Positions 12,738 to 26,100 of a stretch of 64,000 bases of DNA are shown here, piece after piece. This stretch comes from Lytechinus pictus. Lineage: Eukaryota. The stretch is taken from the NCBI RefSeq assembly GCF_037042905.1, contig NC_087249.1, positions 49,538,001 to 49,602,000 on the forward strand. The letters are read 5' to 3'. The stretch's first letter is position 1, and each line of letters starts with the position of its first letter. The notes beneath the pieces were generated by a model. The model was given only the letters and a program-made list of their open reading frames with translations. It was not told the origin of the DNA and searched no databases. The translations under genes and the position numbers were made by a program.

Positions 12738-14137
12738 TATTCTACTGTCACTGATACGGTAAATTACTATGATTAGAAAATATTGAGGGATTTTTGTGAA
12801 CTAATATTCTGTCTTTATATATCTCTTTCGTCATTATTTTAATGTAATAATGGAATTTTATTTCGTTTTTAGAATGATGTGAGAATGAAAAGTATGATAA
12901 AATGAAAGTTTTATATTTATTGCAGTTTTGGCAATATTTTTGGCTTAACGCACACATCTATCATGCATGCAAATAATATTATTGTCGTAGAATCAAATGT
13001 CTTGGGAGTCAATAGCAATAATGTCATCATCATTATTATCATCATCATCATCGTCATCATCACCATCACCACCAACACCAACATAAATTATTGCTTTCAT
13101 CGTCGACATCATCACTGTCATCACCACCATATTATAGCACGCCATTAAAGATCCAAAAACATAAGCCATTCTTCAATATATTTTATCTATACATTTCTAT
13201 TTACATGATATTACATCAAAAAGATTTTAAGCACGTATGAAAAAATACAATATATTCATATCAAGACAAGACTCAGTAGACTAAACATAACACTATAGTG
13301 CACTAAAGCTAACTTTATTTTTAAATTGAATAGTCTATTATGTTCATTAAGCTATCGGGGGGGGGGGTGTGGAATAAATTACGAGAGACGATAAAATATC
13401 CATTAATTCTCCATTTTCAACATTATCAAGGTGTTTCCTTTGAAATCAGGGGTCAAACGGGAACTGGCATCCAAGAAAATAAGCTGCATAAAGGGGGTGC
13501 CGCAAACTATACAGATAACCTATAAAAATGTGAAAGTATGCTAAGAATAAAATTAATTTTTGACGGCCAATTTATTGATCTCTATCGGAAAAGGAAAGAG
13601 GAGAATATTCGGTCATGTTGGAGGCAATCTGATTGTCTTGTTGGAAAATTCGACAAACACGTATATAACCGTTATTTTGTGTCTATAGACGAGGTACGAG
13701 GTAGAAATATTGCATATCAACCTATTTTTACTCAACATAGCTGTGAAGTATTGCCTTACTGTCATTCGAGAAATGGAATGTAGAAAGCGTTTTACACAGG
13801 AAAAACGCAGTTTATTTTTTTAGTAATTATCTCGCAGTTTAAACAAGTGTCTAAAATCTTACATTACAAATTTCATTTTTTTTTCATATCAAATCTTAGT
13901 GAATCCAAACTGTCAAACAATTTCTGTAATGTTCATATAGTGCAGCGTTGTATAAAGGTTTTAAACAGTGTTTTACAGTGAATAAAAATGCAATTTTCTG
14001 TGGTATTTTGACTACTTTTACGGAAAACTGAGATCCGTGCCTTTTGATTGGCTATGAGCAACTTTAACGATATAAATTCCCAAACAAGACGTTCCGTGGA
14101 ACGCTACCCGGAGGATTGTAGAATGGGCCCTGAAAAC

Positions 14138-17100
14138 TCATTTTCTGGAATTGGGTATCCGTTTAAAATAAGTAAATAGCGAATATCCGAAGAGATCGAA
14201 GAATTCAAAGAATGTGAGGATGCTCCCACCAAGCCACAGTCCCAGCGAACCACCCACGTCACCTAGAGATTAAATAAACAAAATAAACAAATACACAACA
14301 AATAAACAAGAAATAAAGAATATGAATTATTGTCAACAATTTGATAGACACCCACTCGAGTCCCTCCCGCAACTTGGCCCAGCATGCTCAGGGAGCAAAT
14401 CACTCTTTGCTCTTGCCACCGGCCTGGGACCAGGGAGGGCTCCGTTGCATACAAAGTTACCGTTATATGGTAACTTTGCCATGCAATGGTAACTTGCATG
14501 GAATCCTTTATTTTGAATGTCTTTTGATCATCGTTACCATTGTAGTAAGCAGCGGATGGCAAAGTTACCATAATAATAAATGTTATGCAACAGGACCGAG
14601 TAGTTTACCCAGTCTTATGGTTCACACTCTCTTGATTCGGCATCCCCTCAGTCAACTCTGTAACAATCTCCCTCAATGCATAAAACAAGCAACATAACAG
14701 ACGAATTCAAATCCATGTTAAAACATACACCTTTTCATTAAATAACAATTTCCCTTAGTATTTTAAACAGTACCCTAAATTCCTCAGCTGTCAACTATGC
14801 AGTTATGATATTTTTTGCTGAAATTCCTCTCTTTTTTTAATTTCTTAAGCGCTTAGAGACATTTCTTTGAGATAAGCGCCAAAGAGATATTGTCAATCAT
14901 CATTGCATTGATGGGGAAGGGTGGCGCTAACCTTACAACGTCTCTTAGTTTCAGACATTATTATGGTCGTATTCCGATATCTAAACCCGACTCTAGACTA
15001 GGCAATGATATATCATACGCTTTAATAAAACGCCAGTGTTGGTTTACTTTTTCAATATTCATGGCAGATATAATAATAAGGTGCATGTACCACATGATTC
15101 ATTCAAAATTTTTATATGCATATAGTGTATTTAGATTTAATTATTGTTTGACACATGAACCACTTTCCCTATTCATTCATTTTCCAGGCCATGAATCTTA
15201 TTAGAATAAGTTTCTCCCGAAACTCGTGATGTGACCAAGAGAGGCATTTATTGATATACTTACATAAAAAACCGAAGAAAGTATAATCGATCTTCTGGGT
15301 GATCTGCCGGATGCTCATCTCTTTAAAGTATATCGAAAGCATGCAAAAGTTTTCCCTATACATGACAGAAATAATGATAACAATAATAGGCATTATTTTA
15401 TATAGCGCCATCTATCTAGAAAAAGTGCATTGTTATTGTTATTATTACCCCGGCTTTAGCTCGAGCTGCCATTCAGCGCTCAGTGCATTCAAGGAATTAA
15501 TCATGTTAATCCCGTCGGGTACCAATTCACCTCACCTGGGTTTAGTGCAGCACAGTGTGGGTAACTTTCTTGCTAGCTAAAGGAAAACACGTCATGGCTT
15601 GGATTTGAACCCACGTCCCTCTGATTGAAAGACGAGAATCGTTACCACTAGATCACGGCGCCCCCATTTCATAACTGTCATGATATCAATAGAGACTTTT
15701 AGATTCGAACGTCGTCATAGACGACTGCTACGAGATGACGTCATTTTTGGCCTCGCCGGCTAGCAGAATCGAGAACCTCACCACCTCGATTCTGCCGTTC
15801 TCCTAAATCATAGTCGATGTGCACGTGAGTGATGTCATTTCAACATTTCAGCGTGAAGATCAATTGTAATTGATCCTTTCCCTTATAAAATACAGTTTTC
15901 AGTGAATTCACACATTCAAAATTGATGTATGTTGTAAAATGCATTATATTTATCATATTTGAAATTGTTTTCTGAACTCCAAAATTTATATCGCTATTTC
16001 TCCTATCTCGCGTAAAAAGGAATAAAAGCAAGTGAAAGAGCAAGTGTGCACAAGTTGCACCTCCGCATCAATCAATATCAATGCTACATGCGCATTAAGT
16101 GTAAAATACTGACCAGGGGCCAATCAGGAGTGTTCTTTCCTAATTGCAATTCATTGCAAACCTTTGTGTTACGGAGCCCAGGGGTCATTGAAGATTTTAC
16201 AATTCTTGTGGTAATTTCAATATTACACCGACTCAGTGTACCAGGGGAGCCTTTCATCAACATTTTTATCCAACAAGTTGTCAGATCCGACAAATTTCCT
16301 TGATTCTGATTGGCCGATAGTCACCGTTACTATGGTAACTATGATAAAGACAGAAGTCCTTTCATGAAACGCTTCCCTGGAGAACACACCCTGTGTCATG
16401 AAGGTGTCCCCGTCCTCTATCGTAAAGTCCCTAGTACCGAAATTTTTACCCCAATGGTTTGCATTCTAGTCGACATTCAGCGTTTACTCACTTCAAATAA
16501 TCTTCCGAAATAGGGTTTTCAGCTGCCACCTTTTGCTCCCAGTATGCCGAAGGGTATGCCGTGGTTGAGATAGTTGGTCTGTACGATCTTATAGAACAAG
16601 GCACCGGGCAGTCACATGTATGGTTTTGAACGAACGAGCCTGAAAGGAGTGAAATGACGATACAATTACAGTAATGATGGTGATAATGATGAGGATAACC
16701 ACTATTTTGATAATGATGATAACAATAGTAAAAATCATATGAGTGTAGGCCTAATAGTAATGATAATGGTAATAGTAATAACAATACTACTGTCCAGCAT
16801 GTCTATTGCCTCTTAAACAATCATTAGAGCCCACATTTCACGGGGGGGGGGGGGGGGGGGGGGGACACGTACAGATTTTTTATGGGTAGGGCATTCTGCT
16901 GATAAGCAAAAAAGCCCTTACTTCAAAACAAATGGAATGCCTCTGACTGTCTCGCCTGCATTTCGCGATTCAATATAACAGCAGTGCTGATTTTGAATAA
17001 TTATTAACAAAAAGCACCATTCATATACTATTGATATAAAATACTATGTTCATTGACCCTTGATAACCTTTGACCTTGATCATATGACATAAGACTCGTG

Positions 17101-20100
17101 CGAAACGATCAGTGATACTTGATTACCCTACATGTATGTCGACGTTTCATGAACTAGATCCATAAAATTACAAAGGTATGACGGCAATTCTTTGAATACC
17201 CTCAACATGAACTAAGTTCATTGACCCTAAATGACCTTTGACCTTAGTCATGTGAACTTAATCTCAGGCAGGATGTTCAATTCTTGATAACCCTTATGTC
17301 CAAGTTTCATGAACCAGGTCTATATACTTTCTAAGTTATGACGACATTTCAAAAACTTTGGTTAAGATTTTGATATTGATTCCCCAGACATGGTTTGACC
17401 TTGACCTTAGTCGTGTGACCTCAATCTCAGGCAGGATGTTCAATAATACTTGATTATCCTTATGTCCAAGTTTCATGAACTAGGTCTATATACTTTCTAA
17501 GTTATGATGACGTTTCAAAACCTTAGCCTTAGGTTAAGATTTCATGTTGACGACGCCGCCGCCGTTGGAAAAGCGGTGCCTATAAGTCAATAGCCTATAG
17601 AAAAAAATTATACGCCTATCCATCCGTCCTTCAAAAGAGAGGAGCACCTAATATGCAACGTGAAAAATCTCAACATCGAAAATTTACAATGTACAACTTT
17701 TAGCACTTTTAGCCAAGAGATGGGGGGGGGGGGGCATATATCGGATGCCCCAGCCAGGATCAGCGTCTGGTAGAACCTTAAGTGATCAGAGCATTTCTTA
17801 CCATAGTATTGATTTCCACACGTGTAAAACCCAAGAACAGTGCATTCTGCCTCATTGCTTGCCACTGGGAAGAAATCATAATAATAATAATCAGTCATTA
17901 TGAGAGTTTCGATTATAAAAATGTTGAAGTTTTAAAATAATGCTACCCTGGGACCGTATTCCATTCAATTTTCAAGCCAGAAGCTAAAGTACCATACTCA
18001 GTATTTAGCTTAAATCTAATTATTATAGTAATCAGTGGCGTACCGTGGGTTACGGCATTGGGGGGGGCACCAGCAACAATTTTGAGTCACTTCGTGAGCG
18101 CGCGAAGCGCGCTCAGTTGCCAGGTATACTAACCTAATAGAGACATTTTAAAGACAATGCCATTAAACGGATATATATCTCACTAATCAAATAATGCGAA
18201 CGCGAAGCGCGAGCTGAAAATCTTGATATTGAGATCTAAAAAGGGACATTATAATCAAATTTTTGTAATCATGATACGTACCTGTCTCGCTAAACAATGC
18301 GAGCGCGAAGCGCGAGCTGATTTTTTTTTTATATATTGAGCCCAAACAAGAAGATTTAAAGGACTATATTTTAGGAATCCATTAAGAGTATACATATCTA
18401 ATCATAGTCATCTAATGCGAGTGCCAAGCGCATGCTGATTTTGTTAGAATTATATCTAAACACATTAAGCACTTGTATTCATTGTAATCATGAATATCAT
18501 AGGCATCTCACTAATCAAACATTGCGAGCGCAAAGCGCGAGCTGAAAATTTAGATAATTCAGACCTTAAGAGGGGCATTTTAGGGCTTGTTTGTAGGAAT
18601 TCACGAAGACCATACTTATTTCACTAATCAAGTGATGCGAGCGCGATGCGCGAGCAGAAAATTGTTGATATTCACATCAGAAAAAAGGGACATTTTAAAG
18701 GGGAATCCTACCCAAATAAAAACTTGTTTTTATAAGAAAAAGAAAAATCAGACAAGTTGATAGGTGATAGTCTGAACAATATTGGACAAAGAACAAGAAA
18801 GTTATAAATTTTTAAAAGTTGTAAATATTGGTAATCACTATACTCATGAAGACTTCAAATTGGCCGCATATGGGATGCCATAGTGATGTAAGGCAAGGAC
18901 TACTCTTCCTTGTACTCCAATACATATTATGGCTAAAATGTAATTTTTCCCAAAAGTTTTATTTCAAATTATATTTTTCTTTCATGAGGACATTAAACAA
19001 TATACTACCTGGGTTATATTTAGATTACTGCCCCAGGGGAATGGGTACTTAGGAGAAATTAGGAGAAAACCACAAATCCCTGATAATAAAGTACATGGCC
19101 TATGGGAAAGTTGTCCTTGCCCCTTGTCATAATTTACTTACCCAGTTGCCAATTTGAAATCTACATTCTATTAGTGATCTCAATTTTAAAGCAGCTATAA
19201 CTTTCTTATTGCTTGTCCAATTTCTTTCAAACTTTCACCATTCATTTTAATTTATTTTTCTCCTTCTCAACACAGCATTTATGGCCAAGGCTGGATTCCC
19301 CTTTAAGGACCGATCCGAATTCATGGAGAGCAGACATATCTCACCAATCCACTAATGCGAACGTAATCACGGACAGGAAATGATTTATATTAAGACCTTA
19401 ACACGGGGCAATCATTTTAAGTAGTCATGAAAAAGAAGCATATATCACTACATAAAACAATAATAACTCGAAGTGCGAGGAAATATATTTGGTGTATATT
19501 GACTTGAAAACGGGAAGTTTTAGTAAAAACAACATAATTATATGTCTCATTAAACAGACAATGCAAGCACCAAGAACAGTGAAGATATAGGCCCTGAGAA
19601 AATTATGTTTCATAAAGTTATAAAAATGTTTATTGTGTAATGTAACATAACATAATTAGGATATAAAATTATAATGAATAAGAAGTTCCTCTTTCCCACT
19701 TCGTTTCTCTTTCTTTCTCCCTCTTTTTCTCTTTTTCCCCGTTTTTTTTTTTTTTTTTTTTTTGGTCAGCCGATTGGGGGGGCACATGCCCCCCCATGCC
19801 CCCCCGTAGTTACGCCACTGATAGTAATAATAAGTTATAATATCAGAAAACAATAAACACCATCCTGGGTAGTGTTTCATAACATGCATAAATCTTGTCG
19901 TAAAGTTACGCACAATTTAACGCACGACTTTAACATGTTCTAATCACATAGATATCATCGACAGTCACGAATGTGACAAGTCATGCGTAAGTTTTAAAGA
20001 GCTAAATCCCTCAACATCATAACTACATTTATTTTTTCCATCATGAAATCTAATTGATCTTAAAAACTAACTTACACGGACCTATCAAAACTCATTTTTT

Positions 20101-23100
20101 GCTGAATAGGTCTTGATAGAAAAAGGTCTTTGACACTCACTCGGGGTAGCGAAGAATTTGCATCCACATGCGTTAAAGAAAAAATCGCTTTGACATTCAA
20201 TGAAGCATTCAGGAAAACCATATTTATCAAAATACTTCAGGGGTTTATCATGGCACACCCCGTAAGGCTGTTCCAGATTGGAAGTCTGAATATGGAGGAG
20301 AAAAAGAAAGGATGGAGTTAGGCAAACAAGGTTTCTATCATTGCGACATTAGAACGACGAGACGCAGAACACTTTCAACAACACAGAAAATGTATGATTA
20401 AATTACCTTCATGACAAAGAGCAGCCAAGAAGTCTTTGTCGAAAATTGGTGAATCACAGCAGCAGTTTCGTCCTGGATTCTGGACAAACGACAGATGTGC
20501 AATTTTTCGTCAGCTCCGAAACTTGTAACCAAACTGCTGCTCCGGGGGGAGGGGGCACTTCCATTGACGAGTGGATACCATGCGTGACCATGGGGTTCCG
20601 AAAAGCACCCTAAACAAGTATTTTCCATATTCACCAATTTTCGACAAAGACCTCCCAGCTTATCTACGAAGAATACGTACAAAGAACACAATATAGGCAT
20701 AATCAATACTCTAGAGGTGTCATGGTGTAGTGATAAGTCGAGGGTTCGTATCCCAGTCGGTGCCAATGTCCTTTTGAAAGGCACTTATCAGGTATTAAAT
20801 GAGTACCCGGTATGATGTGAAGGTAAATGTGATTTGATTGGCATGTGTGCACTCCAATTAAACGGTTGGCTGCCCAGATACTCTCCAAAGAGTGGAGATG
20901 GTGCACTTTAAGTGTGGAACAGTGATAGATTCAATGACTGGCCTAATGATAATTACATGTAACGTGCTTAGAAACACAAAGTATGAAGCGCTATATAAAT
21001 GTCACTATTATTTTATCATCATGCGGTAGTTACTCCAGGGGCCCGTCTCACAAAGAGTTATGATTGATCCAATCAATCGTAACTCTATATGGAAATCCAT
21101 CAGTGTCATAAAATTTTCTACAGGAAATTTGCACAATGTCCTTTGTAAACAAAAAGAAGCACAGTGAATTTTTAAGAAAACAAAATGCATGAATATACAT
21201 CGAAGCTATAAAATATTTTGAACAAGCATGCATGATACATGTTGACGTTGCTGGCCGTCCATATTTGCGATTGAACGGATCAATCGCAACTCTTTGTAAG
21301 ACGGGGCCCTTCAGTCACACCAACGGTACGATTCCAAACCGACCGATGGTGCGTCAAGGGAAATATCGTCAAGTTTTGGTCGGTCTGGGGATGTTGCAGA
21401 AAAAAGATGCGATCAAACACAACTGCAAATATCAAACCCAACTTGACTTTCTACCAATCAAATAACCGAATTCATAGGGACTTTTGGTTTTCGAATTCTG
21501 CAATGACCATGGAACACGTAACACAAAGATGAGCGATTAATCGCCAATTTGAAAGAACTATTCTAATTGGTTCCTAGTCAGTCCACTGAACAAAATGCGC
21601 ATGCAATGATGATCGTCATAGGTCATTTCATTTAGCGATTAATGCTAACCTTTGTGTTACGCGACAATACAGAGCCTTTAAAGTGCCATCGACTTATAAC
21701 TTTTTATAAGTCGACGTATCTCGCCATATCGACATAATAAGGTTAGGCATGGCAAGATAAAGTATCTCGCCAAGTCGTCAAATCGATGGCACTTTAAAGG
21801 CTCCGTGGTTATCGGTTTCGCCAAGGTGACTGGCGTAAGTGATCTGAGCCGCGGCGTTTCGACGCCTTAGATTTTCGATGGCAACAGAGGATCATATCCT
21901 ACATCACTAGACAAGGCCAAATCAAATTAACGACAACATAAGTCCTTGCCATATCAGTCAGTGTGTTGGTTCGTGAATATTGACAGAAGCGGTGCTGGAA
22001 TATTACCTCGGTCACTTCAACTGCAACATGGGTGTGCGTTCCGGGTGCGATTCCAAAGCCATGATCAACAACGCGCGGTTCTGTGCCATAATCGTAGATA
22101 TGGACTTGAAATCCCGTCGAGATTCTTCCATTAGGCTCGAGGAAGCTTTCGTATTGCTGAACATTGAGCAAGAGTTCCAGTCCGTGCTGTTTACCTAAAA
22201 ATAGTGTGTGAAATGGATAAACCATTAGGAAGAATTCGAAGACGTCCATTTTGTGCATTCTTTTTAAATTTCCAACAGAAAAGTGTGTAACACGACTGCA
22301 TCTCCCACACCATCGCACTAAATAGCTCTCAGCCAGTCACTTGCAAGAGTTTCTCGTAGTTTTTATACCCGTTGGAGAAAATTTGCTGAGTAAGATGTGC
22401 GCGAAGCGCTTACTAGATGAACACAATTAGTTTTCAGAATTTTACTAAGGATGGTTATCAAAATCAGATAAACAAACTCTCAATGAGCAACCTGACCATT
22501 GCGCTCGTAAACTGTCAGATTTTCTATTTAACAAACCCAAAAGTTGGTTGAAATATGAACCGACTAACTATTGGTTTAGAAATACCGATTCATTTGCATG
22601 CAATTTTGTTTTAAATAGCAGTTCATAATTATTTGAACCAACTTACAATCTGAGAATGTAGTACATTTTAAAGTAACATAAGCATTATGTGGTACTGAAG
22701 AATTATTCACAGATTTGTTCTTTTAACTGCTGAGGTGAAAAACTTTATCAAGCATATAACTTAAGCGATGCTAAATGTTTTAAATAACATTTTATATGAA
22801 TTACCCTTTGAACTCTAACGTCACACCATGGACGAATGCACACCCTAAATACGATCGAACTTCAGGCTAGTGATATCAGGGCCCCGTCTTACAAAGAGTT
22901 GCGAGTGATCCGATCAATCGCAACTATGGAAAGCCACCAAAGTCAACATATAAAATGCATGTTTGTTCAAATTTCTTTTTGGATATGATGTACATTCATA
23001 AATTCATCGATTTCTTGACAATTCGGTGTGTTCTCTTTTGTTTACAAATGACATTTTGCGAATTTCCTGTAGATAAAAATAATGACATTGATGGATTGCC

Positions 23101-26100
23101 ACAGAGTAACGATTGATTGGATCAATCGTTACTATTTGTAAAACGGGGCTCTGAAGTCGTATTGTAAATCATACTAGTACGAAACGATTGCTTTCTTATC
23201 GAAATGGATACATAGTCACATATATATTAAAACAGATTGCAACCAACTAATTAAACCTTTCATCTAGGTCCCGTCACACAAACATGACAAAGGTTAACGA
23301 TTAATCTTTAAATGAAATGACCAATCAAGAGCATCGTTACATGCGCAGTTTGCTCAGCAGACTCACTAGGAGCCAATCGGAATCGTTCTTTCATCTAATA
23401 TCGAATGATCGCCAACATTTGTTACTTTAATACTCATTTCAGTTTCATTTGATTCCATTGCGTCGATATAAATTCATATTTGTTATATTTTTTTTCTTCA
23501 GACTGTAAGTATTTACCTGTTCTAGATGATTTGAATGTTATATTCTGTAATTTTTGTACAATTTTTTTGGATTAGGAATAATCATTTTGAATAAATGCTG
23601 TATTAATAATGGTAACTTACCAGATCGGGTGACGGTTACAGGCGGGTTTCCATTGCTTGCATCGTTAAAAATGAAACACAGACCCCAGTCAGTTACCTTG
23701 GTCGTAAAGTTAGCATGACTGAGTGCCCCTGTACTCCTCCATGTGCCACTAAAAAGAAATAAACATTTAACTGGTATAAACAACGCATTGCATGCACATT
23801 AATTGAAAAATTTGAATAGTTTCAAACGATTTTGTAATCCTATTGTTGTCATTCATTATTTTGATTTATTCATTTATTGACTTATATAATTATTGATTTT
23901 TTTATCTATTTATTTATTTATAATTTTTTATTCATTTATTTTGTTTATTTTTTCCTTTGGGGTGGGGTATTTGCACCACGAAGCCACCTTATGTTATAGA
24001 CTAATGGAATAAACCCAAACAGGATTCAAACTCTTTCTCAAAAGAAAAAAATAAATGGTTTACACTTTACACGATATAAGGTAAACAGTAGTGACATTTT
24101 CAATCTAATATTTTTGAGATCCATCAGTTTTGATCATAATCATTGTAGAGTAAGAAACTTACAAAGCAATTGTTTCTTCAGCTCGATGTCCGTATTGAGT
24201 GAATAGCTCGCTCATCGTGACCGAGTCCACATAAGGGGCGTGCGGACTTGACGTATTCACGGCGAAGAAATTGTCGAACAATTCATTGAGAAAGTCCGCA
24301 AACTCAGTCCCTTCAACAGCAGACCGTCTACAGTTATGATAGAGAATAAGACAATTTATTGAAACAAAACACCACTTTAACGTGCTTAAATAAGATTCAA
24401 AATAACATGTTGTACAGATAAAATTTAGAGGGGGTCAGATATAGCGTATTGGGCAATATTTATAAAGACCTGTGTGCTAACGAGCAAAAAAGAAAATTTC
24501 ATTTTATATTAAGTAAAAAATGATATGTCACTCTTTTCCTTTCTTGTCCTCCTTTTTCTTGGTTGTGAAACTTACGGGGGGGGGGGGGGGTGGGTTCATG
24601 ACCCCAATGCCCCCCCCCCCATTCTTTACGCCAGTGATGTATTACAAGGACGTAGGCTGGTTTGAGCATGGGGAGGTGGAACTAAAGTTGTATGGGGGGT
24701 GCACATCTTGGGGAGGTAGAACTAAAGTTTGGAAAATCAACTGTTGAAAGTAGAAGGGGTACAAATTTCGTTTTGCTTCCTAATGTTGGAACCTGCCTCA
24801 GCGGGAGGCTGCATGTGCACCCCCCGCCTACGCCCTTATTGAAATATTGTTAAAAGGTTGATGATGAAAATTTGAAGGAAAAAAATCAGTTTCTTGTCCC
24901 GGCCTTTTCACGGATTTCAGTTTGTACCATTATCAATATTTAAAGGGGTGCCATGCACATTGCCTCTTTTTCAATGATCCAGAATCCGCCTGAATCCCGA
25001 ATTAACCTCCGGGTGATTTCTTTTTCTCAAATCATTGTATGTTTTCATTAACAAGGGTGAAACACCCCCCCCCCCCCCGAAAACGAATTTGCTCTCATCG
25101 AAATTGAATGTGCTTTCACTGTTTTGGCTTCTATATTACCCTGCTATAAGCTAGGCTATTGATTCTTGTGTTCACAGCTTTTTGATGAGCAAATCTTTCC
25201 TGCCGGTACCGATGGCATTTACTTCACCTGGGTCAAGCGTAGCACGATGTGGATGAATTTCACAACCATCCCAAAATCATATACCTGAAAGATGAATTTA
25301 ATTTAGAATTACCTGTAGGTGTTGTAGTTGCATATTGCCACTGTTGGAAAGGCGAGCACTTCTTCATAGTTGGATATCACAGTCACACTTGTTGGGTAGG
25401 TGGCTAGATATTGGGCTCGTATGGTGATATGATATGTTAGCAAACCGACTCCAGATAAGATGAGGAGTAGCCAGAATAACCTAGAAAAAAATCAAGAATC
25501 GTTGAAAAAAAAACATATGGGCCTTACACTTCGCACATTTGACCAAAAAATATGACCTCCCCCCAAAAATCAAACGAAGTTGATTCATTTTAATCAGGGA
25601 GATCACCTTGTTAAATGTAAAAGGCGTGCGCATTTTTTATTATTTACCCTAAAGAAAAAAATGGGCAGCCACTAAAGCAAACCTTATATGACGTACGTAG
25701 AACAAGGGACATATTGATGACGGGGGAGGGTTCGATCCCTTGTCCGGGCCCTTGTGTAACCCACTCCCACAACCACACCCCCACACACACATTAATAGCG
25801 TGACGTCATGTGTACGCCCTTGTGAGATATGAATACAAGTGTAAATCGCATTACAAAACAGCAATGAAGACAATCTGTAGTAAAAGAATGTTCAGATTTA
25901 TTGAAATATTTGAGATATGGCCGAAGATGGGGACTGTATGCCTAACTTAGTTCATAATTTTGCCACGTTGATCTTCACTTGACTAGCTCGCATTTCAAAA
26001 AGGGGATGTAAAACGAACTCACTTCTAAATGATTTATTATGCAAACATACAGCACAGAGCCACACAATTAAACATTGACCAAGAACACTAGAATTCGTTT

